A stretch of 64,000 nucleotides of DNA from Octopus vulgaris (GCA_951406725.2 OX597819.1:78554001-78618000); one strand, 5' to 3'; shown: positions 41,685 through 55,093, numbered from the stretch's first letter. Numbers and translations are program-made. Notes: generated from the sequence alone by a model not told the origin.

Positions 41685-43299
41685 CAGTACCATGCAAAAG
41701 TCTTCGGCCACTTTAAACTATTGTAAATTTCTACAAATTACCAACTTATAAATTGCGTTTTTTACAGATGAAACATAGGCCCTATTGGAGTCATTTCCAT
41801 TTTTAATCATTATATTTTGTTGTAGGGGTTGGCCGTGCAAAAGTTTTCGGCCACTTCACATAAGCCAATCAAAATACATTGTTTTAAAACAGAAAAATGT
41901 CTATAATGAAAATCTATTGCATAATGTTCATTTCAAGAAGTTACTGTACATTGTTAATAATTCGTGTGGCTTCCTCTAGCTTGAATAAATGCTTCAATGC
42001 GCCTGGGGAGAGATGCTTACAAATCCTTTGCTATCTTCACAGGTATGAGATGCCATTCTGTGGCTGAGTTCCCACAATTCTTTAAAATTGCGTGTATTCT
42101 TCGGACGAACTCTTCTCTTTACTTCTGTCTACATTTGTTCGATGATATTTAAGTCAGGGCTCTGAGCTGGCCATTCTTTCAATACGGTAACACCTTAATC
42201 AGCCAGATTTTGTTGTGTTGCACACGACCTGTGACATGGAGCTCCGTAATGCTGAAAAAATCTCACCTTCATCCAAGTCCGGTATCAAATTGTCCTTCAG
42301 CAACTGGATGTATTTGGCACTATTCAAATAACCATCAATTTTAACCAGCTTTCTTGAACTACCACTTTTTATGTAACCACAAAGCATCAGACACCCACCA
42401 AACTTCACTGTTTTCGTCGTATAACGTGGGTCGTTTCGCTTTCTAATAAGCGAGAATTTGTCAGGAGGCCTCCAGGAAAGAAAAACGACCCACGTTACAC
42501 GACCAAAAAATTTGAGGTTTGGCGGTAAGAGTCTGATGCTTTGGGAATGCATAAAAAGTGATAGTTCAAGAAAGCTGGTTAAAATTCACGGTAACATGAA
42601 CAGTGCTAAATACACCCAGTTGCTGAAGGACAATTTGATACCAGATTTGGATGAAGATGAGATTTTTCAGCATTACAAAGCTCCATGCAACAGATCGCAT
42701 GCAACACAACAGAGTCTGGTTGATGAAGGTGTTACCGTATTGAAAGATTGGCCAGCTCAGAGCCCTGACTTAAATATCATCGAGCAAATGTGGACAGAAC
42801 TTAAGAGTTCATCAAAAGAATCCACGCAATCTTGAAGCGTAGTGGGAGCTCAGCCACAGGGAATGGCATCTCATACCTGTGAAGATGAAGGATTTGTGCG
42901 CATCTCTACCCAGGCGTAGTGAAGCAATTATTCAAGCTAAGAGAAGTCACGCGAAATATTAACAATGTACAGTAACTTCTCGAAAGGAGCATTATGTAAT
43001 AAATTTTCATTATAGACATTTTTTTTTTTGTTTTAAAACACGGTATCTTGATTGGTTTATGTGAGGTGGCCGAAAACTTTTCCACGGCCATTTTTGGTGG
43101 TCGTCTCGCATTTTCCGCTCCCATTCGGAACCCCCACTACAAAATATAATGATTAGGTATAGAAATGCCTTCAACACGGCCAATGTTTCATCTGTAAAAA
43201 ACGCAATTTGAAACATCCAACTAATTGCCAACTTATAGTTGGCAATAAGTAGAAATTTACAATAGTTTAAAGTGGCCGAAGACTTTTTGCACGGTACTG
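41685..43299. mobile_element. Tc1-like fold-back element made of two inverted 3' halves; IR/DR-type ends
   Basis: Ends CAGTACCATGCAAAAGTCTTCGGCCAC / GTGGCCGAAGACTTTTTGCACGGTACTG; same transposase C-terminus on both strands (RKLVKI.G..NSAKY.QLLKDNLIPDLDE...WPAQSPDLNIIE); inner repeats of the terminal motif at 41832-41854 and 43066-43088. Confidence 0.93.
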
Positions 43300-43305
43300 T
43301 GTGTG

Positions 43306-43363
<58 letters not shown>

Positions 43364-43368
<5 letters not shown>

Positions 43369-43838
43369 CAATAAGAAAATGGAGGAGAACAATAGGTGGT
43401 TCATCAACTTTTAGACATTATATAATGTTAACTTATTTATTTATTTACTAAACTGATAATTACAATAATATACATACATATTATTCTTTACATATAATAT
43501 ATAAGATATAGTAATATATAACGTGGTATCCTTATATATTGCTATATTTTATATCTTATATGTAAAGAATAATATGTTATATGTATGTCTATTATTGTAA
43601 TTATCAGTTTAGTAAATAAATAAATAAGTTAACATAATATAATGTCTAAAAGTTGATGAACCACCATTTTCATATTGCTATATAAATTAATGGTAAAATA
43701 TTTCTTTACCTTCACCCATTTAGTACACTCGGTAATGTAATTGCAATGCAATAAAAAACACTTGGGTATTCTACCAGCAGTATATTGGATAGATATTATC
43801 CCTTAGTGGGTTGGATTCACAACCTCTAACTTTCTTGG

Positions 43839-43843
<5 letters not shown>
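43364..43843. repeat. About 320-bp AT-rich hairpin plus 160-bp tail between (TA)n tracts
   Basis: GGTGGTTCATCAACTTTTAGACATTATA pairs with TATAATGTCTAAAAGTTGATGAACCACC; loop near 43522-43531. Confidence 0.88.
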
Positions 43844-43886
<43 letters not shown>

Positions 43887-44362
43887 TGTGTGTGTGTGTG
43901 TGGGGGTATTATGGTATGAAGAACCTTTAACGAAAGCTGAACAATAGAAGAGCATCAGAGAAGCCTCCCACTACACACCCACACAAGTGTTTTGGCCCTT
44001 AACCCCTTCCTTCTAAGGGACCCAGGTTGCATCTAGGTCATGACTCTGAGGTGTCCCTCAGCTGCCACGTCCTGCGCTTAGTCTGCGTGTCAAACCTTCC
44101 GGAAGGCTGTGTATGTCACTTTACGAAAAATTTAGGTCTTAAAAGCTTGGATTTTCTCCTCATACAGATATTTAGTTGATTTTATGTACATACAAATTAT
44201 GTTCTTTCCTATGAATTTAAATGTTTAATTGTACACATATATTTTAATTAGTTCTCTCTTAAGATAATGAACATTGCATATTGACATTAACAGTTCGCAT
44301 ATCCAACTGATAAGCATTGTAAATACTGGAAATTTTGCATTAACGCAGTGTGCGTGCGTGCG

Positions 44363-44401
<39 letters not shown>

Positions 44402-44434
44402 GTGTGTTATGATATTATTTTAAAACACATACAA

Positions 44435-44695
44435 GGTAAGCGAGGTAGCAGAACCGTTCGCACGTAGGGCAAAATGCTCAGCCGCATTTCGTCCGTCGTT
44501 ACGTTCTGAGTTCAAATTCCGTGAAGGTCGACTTTGTTTTTCATCCTTTGGGGGTCGATAAAATAAGTACGAGTTTGAACATTGGAATTGATATAATCGT
44601 CTTTCTCCCCCGAAGTTTCTTACCTTGTTTCTAAGTTTGAAACCATTATTTTTCAAATTACTACACGGCGGTGAGCTGGTGGAACCGTTGGCCCG
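44435..44695 (+). mobile_element. SINE family B plus start of a second head
   Basis: GTTACGTTCTGAGTTCAAATTCC...GGGGTCGATAAAATAAGTAC. Confidence 0.85.
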
Positions 44696-44818
44696 CCAAA
44701 ATTCGAAATCGTTATTTGAAAACACTGTTAAGAATTACCACTGAGCGTTTTGTAAGTGTGACTCTATATTGAGAGTTGAGTCAAATTTACTGTGAAAGTG
44801 AAGTTAACTAAGTCTTCA

Positions 44819-44866
<48 letters not shown>

Positions 44867-46571
44867 CAACGGAAGAAGTAGATCTCAGTATCGAAGGAAA
44901 CAGAGGACTTAATTTGTTCAATAACATATGCAATAGAGCACTCGCATTCAAGACTTCGAGTTTCTTTATAGCAGTTTAATAGATATCGTTCTGCAGCTGT
45001 CGAGAAACTCCAAATGCTGAATGTAAGCTCTCCATGTGTGTCATTTAACACACACACAAACACACACACATGCATGGGCTTTTTTCGGTGGGGGTTTTAC
45101 AATGTAACCGCACTTGCAGGCGCGTGACTTCTTAGCGAAGTTTATTTTGTGGAAATCTAGCCACTGAACATGCATGCAAGTATCCTGTCTCCACGCCAAC
45201 GATGTCGTCTGAGATGACGACCGACCGTCATCTTAAGGCTGACGTTGTATAGCACAAATGTCATAACAGACGTTCTTGTCAGAAGGTGCAACGCTGAAAC
45301 AGGCGCCGCAAAGCATGTTGTCCGACTCTCTTGCAATTCTGCCAATCTGACACCATAGATTGGTACATTATTTTATATTGATCCCGAACCTCTTGTAGTT
45401 AATAAAGAATCATTGTCTTACAATGTGGACTACACGAGTGCATGCTAGATGAGACTGGACCATCGATGGTGAAACTTTAAACCGTCACCAGCAAATTCCA
45501 TGTGTACACTAGAATTGGCTGCTTCGATCTAAAATGAAAGTGTTTGAATGTTACATCATATATATCCGATATTATTCATTTACTAACCGTCAAGCGTAGA
45601 AGTGCATTCATATAAAGGGAAGGTGCACAACTTTACTGCAACAGAGCAATCAGGAAGGAGGTTAGTCATGCATGGCTCTGTTGTCAGAAAGTCCCAAAGT
45701 GACAATCTATCTTGGAGCAACAATCGACCTCAATATTAGCTCTTTCACAGTGAGGGATATTTACGTATCCTTTTGTGGTCCGAGAACAAGAAATTACAAC
45801 GAAAAGTCCTGATGTAAGGAGAGGGAGAGAGAGAGCGAGAGAGAGAGAGAGAGAGGAAAGAGATAAAGAAAGAGGGAGAAAGAGAGGGGAATACAGGTAA
45901 AACATGTAGATGCGACAATCGTTACAAACTGTGGAATTAACACTAAAAGTGGTTACCTTCATCCAAAGCAACAGCAAAAATGATACCACGATGGTATATT
46001 TCTATGATGTCTTGGATAAAACACCGTTCATTGAAATCTTTAGAAAGAATTGACCGGTAAATAATAAGATGGTACAATGATGTGGATGGCATACTCCTAC
46101 TATGAAACTCTACCGGCGGAATATTTCTGTAAAAACCTCAGTAAAACCTAGGTAAAATATAATTTTATGTCTGCATCTATTGGAACAAAATGAACAAAGG
46201 AAATCAGTTGGGCAGTAGCTGCTGGTGTAACTTTAAAGATTAATGAAACCTGAGACAGTTCTGCCGAAATAACGGTAAACTTGCAGATACTCTGCTTTGT
46301 CTATAGCTCTGGAGTTACAGCTGTAACATGGATACCAAATTAACTGTCCTGGTAAATGTTTTGAGAAATCAGGATTTCTAAATTCAGAAAGGATACGGCG
46401 AGTAAGAGATGAAAGCTACAAGCTATGAAAGGAACAATGAAAATATGCAAAACATTCCGGAGATTTAGCACGTAATAAGAGCATATACATACGTGTAAAC
46501 ATACAAAGATGCGTATATGTACGCGTACATAAGTTAAACATATAGATCCATACATACATTGGCATCAGTGT

Positions 46572-46604
<33 letters not shown>

Positions 46605-46671
46605 GGTTGCTCACTTATATCCGAGAAAATCATTACTATTAAGAAAGATAGCAACATTTTTTACAGAAGAG

Positions 46672-46890
46672 GGAAGCGAGCTAGCAGAATCGTTAGCACG
46701 CCGGGCAAAATACTTAAGTGGCCTTTCGTCAAGTCTTTACGTTCTGAGTATAATTTCCACCGAGGAAGACTTTGCTTTTCATGCATTTGGGATCGATAAA
46801 ATAAGTACCATTTGAGTACTGGGGTTGATGTAATCGACTAAAGCCCTTCCCCGAAATTGCTGTCCTTGTGCCAAAATTCGAAATCAATAT
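46672..46890 (+). mobile_element. SINE family B
   Basis: GCGAGCTAGCAGAATCGTTAGCACGCCGGGC...GATCGATAAAATAAGTACC. Confidence 0.85.
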
Positions 46891-47270
46891 TTGTACAGGA
46901 GTGTGGGTTAATAGGGCTCGTACAACACTTCTGAGACGACAGACCGTACTGTTAGCATGCTTTAAAGACAAAACGAGTCGAGATATCTGGTGGAAATTAA
47001 AATCACAAGCTCGAGTGTGTGGAAACGTCATGATATTCAGCTGACGTTGAAATTATTCCCAGAGGAGCATCCAATTATTCACCATCCATCTAGCCAACCA
47101 GCCAGCACCAACTACACGATGTTGCATAATTCTAAAGAAATAGCTTTGCATATAGGTTACTTAGAAAATTGCTCTTCCACTATTGGAAAGAAATTAGAAA
47201 CATATTACCAGAAGTTAGCATCTGTAAGTAAACATGTAAACATACATACAAAGACGCAAGGGTGTCTATA

Positions 47271-47645
<375 letters not shown>

Positions 47646-48194
47646 AAGGAATATACTTACCTACACACATACGTATATATCTATCAATAGATCAATAGCT
47701 AGATACACACACACACACACACACATATACATGCATGTGAGGACGAGTATATGTGTGAGCAGAGGAAAATGAGCAAAAATTCACTTAATATATTGCATAG
47801 ACCTAAACAAAGACTTTTACGCGGTTGTTATTCCATTTTCAGAAACAAGTGCATACAGGTGAGTGTGTGTGTGTGTTTGGGGAGGTGTATGTATATATAT
47901 ATATATGTAGATGTACATACCTGCATATATGTGTATAAATGCATACACTCACATATATAAATACATATAAATATATACTTCTATGTATAAATGTATACCT
48001 ATATATGCTTGCACACATGTATATATGCATACACACGCATACATATATGCTTGCATGCACATACACATACATACATATATGCATACATCCACACATACAT
48101 ACCACACATACATACATGCATACACACACATACATATATGCATACACACATACATATATATGCATACACCCACACATACATACATATATGCATG

Positions 48195-48234
<40 letters not shown>

Positions 48235-48253
48235 ATATATATATATATATATG

Positions 48254-48298
<45 letters not shown>

Positions 48299-49339
48299 AT
48301 ATTATATATAAGTATTATATATATATTATATATATAAGTATTATATATATATTATATATATAATGTATGTACATATATATATGTATTATATATATATATA
48401 TGTATGTATGTATATATATATATATATATATAATGTATGTATTGTATGTGCATACAATAAACATATATGTGTGCATTGTCTTCATCGAGGCACCAAAACG
48501 CTAAGCACACTGTTGTTGTATAACCATTATGCGAAGAAGCAAGTGCATCCTTTCGATAACACATACTTGACACTGTACAACACCCATTCCCCCCACCCAC
48601 AGCCACCACCTTGCCTACTACTCCAGGAAGTGAGTGCTCGAGTGCCCGAGTGAGTGAGAGCGTGAGAAGAAAGCAAAAATTAATGCTCAGTCCACACAAA
48701 AAAAAAACACCAAAAAAATGAAAACAAAAAAAAAAAACAAGAAAAAAAATAACAAAGGAAAGAAAGAAAATATTTTTTAAAAAATGCTGTGCAATTTTCT
48801 TTCTCCTCTGCCTTTATAGGAATTGTGAACACGTCACAGGATGAAATCGAATTTATCATTATCACGATATTATAATTATCATTGTTATCATTGGTGTTGT
48901 TATTTATGTAAATATTATTATTATTATTATTATTGTTGTTGCTGTTGTTGTTGTTGTTAATATTTTCATTATCGTCGTCGTCGTCATTGTAACAACATTT
49001 ATAATTATCCTCGTATTTTATTTCGTTAATAATATTATTAATTAAGCTTATATTATAAATCATAAAACTTAATTTGTTATGAGTTTTTCATTTCATTTCG
49101 AGAAGTTTCGGGTAGGAGAGGTGGTCGGAGGGGTGGGGTGGGTGTAGGGAGGGAGGGAGGGAGGGAGAAGGGAAGGGAGGTGGGTGTGTTGGGAGGAAGG
49201 GATGGGATGGGAGGGGCAGCGACGCAAAGAGTTTTTAGTGTGGAAGTTTATTGAGAGAGAGAGAGAGAAATTGGGGAGAATGTTAGTTAAATTAGAGGAA
49301 GTTGGAAGACAACTAGACAGACAGACAGACAACTTCATA

Positions 49340-49340
49340 C

Positions 49341-49406
<66 letters not shown>

Positions 49407-49565
49407 GGATGGATGGATGGATGGATGGATGGAGAGATATAGATAGATAGATGGATGGATGGAGAGATAGATAGATAGATGGATGGATGGATGGATGGAG
49501 AGATGGATGGATGGATGGATGGAGAGATAGATAGATAGATAGATAGATGGATGGATAGATAGACT
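49340..49565. repeat. (GATA/GATG)n microsatellite
   Basis: Direct reading. Confidence 0.96.
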
Positions 49566-50170
49566 GCCAGTCAGACAGAGAGTGAGAGAGAGAGAGAGCA
49601 AAAACAGATAAATAGACTGTCATGATTAGATAGATAGATAGAAAGCTAGATATAGATAGATAGATAGATAGACAAACAGAAAATAGACTATCAATCAGAC
49701 ATTATAGAGAGAGGGGAGATTCTATGTGTGTGTGAGAAGGAGAGAGAGAGAGAGAGGAGGAGGAGAGAGATAAAGAGGGGAGAATGATTTTTTTATGAAT
49801 ATTCCTGCTGTATCGAATTTAATACAAAATTCTGCTCTCATTTTTGCAACTCTTAATAAAGCTAAAAAAAAAAAAAAGAAAAAGAAAGACCGACAAAATT
49901 TACATCCAAAATTGGTTAAAGCATATCAAAAACGATACTTAAAATATATGCGTAAGTAGGGATTCGAAACTAAGTTTGTAACAGTTGTTCATTACATTAT
50001 CGTTACAGCTTCGAAGAGGGAAACAAATCCCTTCCCGTATTTCTTCCGACAACTCCTGTCGAGGGTTCCAATCTTACCAGGGTCATCTATGGCTTCAATC
50101 TCTCCTGGGTCGATAAGATAGAGTACCAGTGAAGTTTTGTGCCTAAATTAGAAGCTGTTATATTATGAAG

Positions 50171-50465
50171 GTGGAGGCGCAATGGCCCAGTGGTTAGGGT
50201 AGCGGACTCGGGGTCGGAGGATCGCGGTTTCAATTCCCAGACCGGGCGTTGTGTGTGTTTATTGGGCGAAAACACCTAAAAGCTCCACGAGGCTCCAGCA
50301 AGGGGTGGTGGCGACCCATGTTGTACTCTTTCGCCACAACTTTCTCTCACTCTCTCTTCCTGTTTCTTGAGTAGCGCTGCGATGGACTAGCGGTCTGTCC
50401 AGCTGGGGGGAACACATACGCCACAGAAACTGGGCCCATGAGCCTGGCTAGGCTTGCAAAGGGTG
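50171..50465 (+). mobile_element. SINE family C
   Basis: GGAGGCGCAATGGCCCAGTGGTTAGGG...GGTTTCAATTCCCAGACC; 3' CTGCGATGGACTAGCGGTCTGTCCAG. Confidence 0.92.
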
Positions 50466-50484
50466 ACGTATCGTTATATTATTA

Positions 50485-51135
50485 AGGAGGCGAGCGTGCA
50501 AAACCGTTAGCACGCCGGTCAAAATGCTTTGTGGCATTTCGTTCGTGGCTATGTTCTGAGTTCAAATTCCGTCGAGGTCGACTTTGACTTCCATCCTTTC
50601 GGGGGTCGATAAAATAAGTACCAGTTGAACATTGGAGTCGATGTAATCGAATTACACTCTCCTCTGAAGCTGGTGGCCTTGTGCGAAAATGTGAAACTAT
50701 TATTATGGGGGCGAGCAAACAGAATTGTTAGCATGTCAGGCAAAATGGTTAGCGGCATTTCTTCTAGTTCTTCACATTTTGGGTTCAAACTCCGTCAAGA
50801 TCGACTTTGCTTTCTTCATCCTTTCGGGCTCGATAATATAAGTACTAGTTGAGCACTAGAGTAGATGGTATCGACCTTATCCCCTCCCTTCATGATTGCT
50901 GGTCATGTGCCAAAGATTAGCGAGAATTCTAAGGCGGCGAGTTGGCAATGTCGTAAGGGGTTTGCGACAGTTATTCTGTCGGCTCTCAGTGTTCAAATCC
51001 CGCTGAGGTTGACTTTGTCTTTCAACCACCACCTACCTCCCTCAGAATATATAAAATAAAGAATCGGTAAAGTACTAAGGTCGATGTTATCGACTAATCC
51101 GCTTCCCTTCAAAACTGCAGCCTTTGTGTCAATGT
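50485..51135 (+). mobile_element. Three SINE B copies in tandem, variably degenerate
   Basis: GGCGAG heads at about 50489, 50710 and 50935, each followed by GTTCAAA and a GACTTTG core. Confidence 0.85.
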
Positions 51136-51580
51136 TAATATGACAGTCGCATTTGTTTATTTATATAATGAGTTCAAACCCAGTTGTGGTCAACGAAAAA
51201 TATTAAAAAAACCGTTTCAAGGATCAATGATGGCTACAAAACCGACCACTTTTGTGACCTTGATTCCATGCCCTCCACCACCACCACCACCACCACCACC
51301 ACCTGGCTGCTTACGATAGTTTATTTTGCTGTGAATCAATAATAAGATTTATTTTTCTATTAATCAACGGAGATTGATCGAACATTAATTTTATTCATCT
51401 TATATATTTTTATCTGAATTACATCACTTCATTTCAATCAGCTTAATGTGTGTGTGTGTGTGTGCGTAAGCTATACCATTTGAAATATGTCACAAACATA
51501 TTTTAACTTTGCTTGTGCCTAAACACTGTTTGGCGCTGATATTACGGATATAATATATATGGATATATATATATATATAT

Positions 51581-51792
51581 AGGGAGAGTTTACGAAAAAA
51601 ACAAAAGACGAAGACAGGTGGTGTACAAAACAAACAGATGTATTAGTATAACGCTCAAGAATAGAAAAAGTCTTTTACGTTTCGAGCTACGCTCTTCTAC
51701 AGAAAGGGACACAGAACAAACAAGGAGAGAAAAAAGGAGAGAGAAAAAAAGGAGAGAAAAAATGTGTGTAGTGGCTAACGATCAATCATGGC

Positions 51793-51795
<3 letters not shown>
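51581..51795 (-). mobile_element. Penelope-like short insert, family P1, with hammerhead motif (51671-51706)
   Basis: Minus CTTT-CTGTAGA-A-GAGC-GTA-GCTC-GAAA-CG-TA-AAAG; homologous to 56059 and 60937 copies; (TA)n on both sides. Confidence 0.75.
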
Positions 51796-51831
<36 letters not shown>

Positions 51832-52089
51832 GGAGGTTTTGGTATCCAGAAGACCCAAAAGGAAGGTAAGGCTATGTAAGTGCCTTGGAAGGACCACTGT
51901 TCGATAATAGTACGAGTGAGGAATCTAACGTGGGTCGTGCGTGAGCGTGTATATGTTAAATAAAAATGAGACAAGGCCAAGGCAATGTGAAATTTCTAGG
52001 AAATTTAGATTTCTCTTTATAAATGTCCTAGAAATTTCACGCTGCCTTGGCTTTGTTGTCTCATTTTATTTAACATATACACGCTCACT

Positions 52090-52125
<36 letters not shown>

Positions 52126-52174
52126 ATGTATGCATGTATAATAAATATAATTAAGAACTGAGTATGTGAGAGTG

Positions 52175-52221
<47 letters not shown>

Positions 52222-52645
52222 GTATGTTTGTTTATGCATTTGTACTCGCACACATGGAGTATCAGATTCAATTCGAACAAGGGATCTCTGTCTCAAAACT
52301 GAAAATAGTAACGCACTGATGCGAATTGACTTTGCTTAAAAACAACGGTTGCTATCATCATCATCAGCATCATCATCATCATTATCATTATCGCTACTCC
52401 GTCATTGCCATAATTGCTTTCATTATCACTATCACCATCATCATTATACTCATCATCGCCACCATCATTTGGTAAAAAAAAAACTATATTATAAATGCTT
52501 CGTCAGACGTGGAAATAGAGACAGAGAGGTTGAAATGAACATTACAAAATGCACTCATTTTGCACATACAAAATGCCAAGATTCGTTTGTTATCGAGCGC
52601 CCAACGAAATCAATGCATGTACGAGAGTTCGGTTCTAAGTGTGTG

Positions 52646-52676
<31 letters not shown>

Positions 52677-52709
52677 AGGAAGGAGAGAGAGAGAAAGAGA
52701 GGAAGGAAG

Positions 52710-52740
<31 letters not shown>

Positions 52741-53434
52741 GAAGGAAGGAGAGAGAGAGAGAAAGAGAGGAAAGAAGGAGAGAGAGAGAAAGAGAGGAAG
52801 GAAGGAGAGAGAGAAAGAGATGAAGGGAGGAGAGAGAGAAAGAGAGGAAGGAAGGAGAGAGAGAAAGAGATGAAGGGAGGTGAGAGAGAAAGAGAGGAAG
52901 AAAGGAGAGAGAGAGAGAAAGAGAGAGACGAGAGAAAAACGAAGGAGAGAAAAAGAAAGCGTAGAGAAAATGCAAGGAAAGAGAAAGAGAGTATAGAGCA
53001 AGAGAAAGAGAGAAGTGAAAGAGAGAAAGCAGTGGGAGAAAGAGTGAGGGTAGAGCGAAAGAATGAGGGAGGGTAGAGCGAAAGAATGAGGGAGAAACAA
53101 AGAAAGAGAGACTGATAGAGTTAAAACAAAACGTCAGCTTGTTCTTCTGAGTGTGTCGTGTAAAATAAATAATATGTTGGTCATAGAGGGGCGGATATTC
53201 GTCACGTCTCAAGATAAGATGTCAGGCACTGCATTTTCAGTACACGTTGAGTAGCCTAAAGTGTAGGAACTCAGGTGAGAACAAGTGTTCAGGTAGTTTA
53301 AGATAGTTCACAAGAAAAACCTTATACTTTTAGTCCTCTTCTTCATGTATTGATGTGTGTGTGTGTGTGTGTGTATGTGTGTGTTAGTCTTGGTGTGTTT
53401 ACTCACACGTATACAAAACTTTATATACAAAAAC

Positions 53435-53621
53435 CGTGTGTACCGTTGGCGATTTTTTTCCTCCGTCTTCCCTTCTTTGGATCTTTCCTTTTCCTATGTT
53501 TCTGACGAAGAGCTCCGCTCGAAACGTTAAACTCTCCTTCTTTCCTGAGCGTCCAATAATACTATACTTGTTCCATGTCCTCGCATTGTTGTGTTTTCTC
53601 TTTGTGTTTTCATGTTTGGAT

Positions 53622-53626
<5 letters not shown>
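53435..53626 (+). mobile_element. Penelope-like short insert, family P2
   Basis: Carries the hammerhead at 53498-53532; ends TTGGATTAACT then (TA)n; degenerate relative at about 59130-59310. Confidence 0.72.
53498..53532 (+). ncRNA. Minimal type I hammerhead ribozyme motif
   Basis: GTTT-CTGACGA-A-GAGC-TCC-GCTC-GAAA-CG-TT-AAAC: stem I GTTT/AAAC, stem II GAGC/GCTC, palindromic ACGT in place of stem III, NUH triplet GUU. Confidence 0.72.
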
Positions 53627-53675
<49 letters not shown>

Positions 53676-54711
53676 TAAAGTTACATAAATGTCCGGTCAT
53701 ACAGTTACCGGGTTACATGCCCGCAGCAGTTGGAGTCTGATGAGTGGTCTATAAAGCTAAGCGCTTTTGGGATGTAAAACCATTGGTCACTCTATGACCG
53801 GACATATATTTAACTTCATGTAAATACATTACTGCTCCAACTTTTAAAATGTGCTTCTTTTTCGAATATGTGATTCACTGACGATATTTATTTATATAGA
53901 TATAATTATTTTCAGGATCCAATAGTATCGAAGTATTTTTATAACAAAGGTACTAGGGTAGAGTAGAGGATCATGTATCAGCGTATTAACAGTGTGGAAG
54001 GACACTACTAAAACATATATGGATTTGTCCTTTCAGTTACGCATAAGTCCACAAGCATAGACCAAATACATCCGACGTTTACGTAAAATCAGTCTCTGAC
54101 ATGCAGTCCACTGTAGGCTCAATATCCAATGTAAGGAAGGTTCCGAGTGAGATGTAGTATAAATAATAACACAAATGGACTGAGCTTCGCTACAGCTGTT
54201 TCAGACGAGTTTTATTATTTTTTTTACATGATGTAATTGACTTGTTCAGCAATAAAAAACACGTCTCAAACAGATGTAGTGGTTAGTATTTATAGTACAA
54301 GCATGGCACAGTGGTTAGCGCGTCGGGCTCACAATCATGAGGCAGTGAGACCGATTCCCGGACCGGGCTGTGTTCTTGAGCAAAACACTTTATTTCACGT
54401 TGCTCCAATTCACTCCGCTATAGAAATGAGTTGCGAAGTCACTGGTGCCAAGATGTATTGGCTTTTGCCTTTCTCCTGGATAACATTAGTAGTGTAAAAA
54501 GAGGAGGCAGGCATGCATGGGCGACTGCTGGTCATCTACAAACAGCTTTGCTCGGACTTGTGTCTCGGAGGAAATCTTTCTAGTTGCAGTCCCATAACTG
54601 AGGGTGGTCTTTTACACGCACACACAACACATATATATGATAAGTAATTTGGACAAATACGTATAATTCGATTAGTGTGTTTGAAGGTTGAGTAGAGCAC
54701 CGACACAGTTT

Positions 54712-55093
54712 GGAAGCACTCCGTCGGTTACGACGACGAGGGTTCCGGTTGATCCGAATCAACGGAACAGCCTGCTCGTGAAATTAGCGTGTAAGTGGCT
54801 GAGCACTCCACAGACACGTGTACCCTTAACGTAGTTCTCGGGGATATTCAGCGTGACACAGAGAGTGACAAGGCCGGCCCTTTGAAATACAGGTACAACA
54901 GAAACAGGAAGTAAGTGTGAGAGAAAGTTGTGGTGAAAGAGTACAGCAGGGATCACCACCATCCCCTGCCGGAGCATCGTGGAGCTTTAGGTGTTTTTCG
55001 CTCAATAAACACTCACAACGCCCGGTCTGGGAATCGAAACCGCGATCCTATGACCGCGAGTCCGCCGCCCTAACCACTGGGCCATTGCGCCTC
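54712..55093 (-). mobile_element. SINE family C, full length with TSD
   Basis: 14-bp TSD CACCGACACAGTTT / CACCGGCACAGTTT (54698-54711, 55094-55107); intact A/B boxes; an older plus-strand C-like copy lies at about 54300-54620. Confidence 0.94.

Noticed and set aside
45400-46340. Complex sequence with a faint LINE RT-like peptide (LRSKMKVFECYI)
   Set aside because: No RT motifs or sustained frame; unidentifiable by eye.
50173-50250. tRNA-like sequence with A and B boxes (also 41570-41639, 55020-55093)
   Set aside because: No proper acceptor stem and it continues into a SINE body; SINE head, not a tRNA gene.
52349-53212. 174-200 aa ORFs rich in E/R or S/L/F
   Set aside because: Derived from (GA)n/(GGAA)n and (CAT)n low-complexity tracts.
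54191-54249. Minus-strand CTGAACA...GAAACAGCTGTA hammerhead-like remnant (also CTGATGA near 22385 and GAAACAGC near 1630, both minus)
   Set aside because: Core or stems too decayed to support individually.
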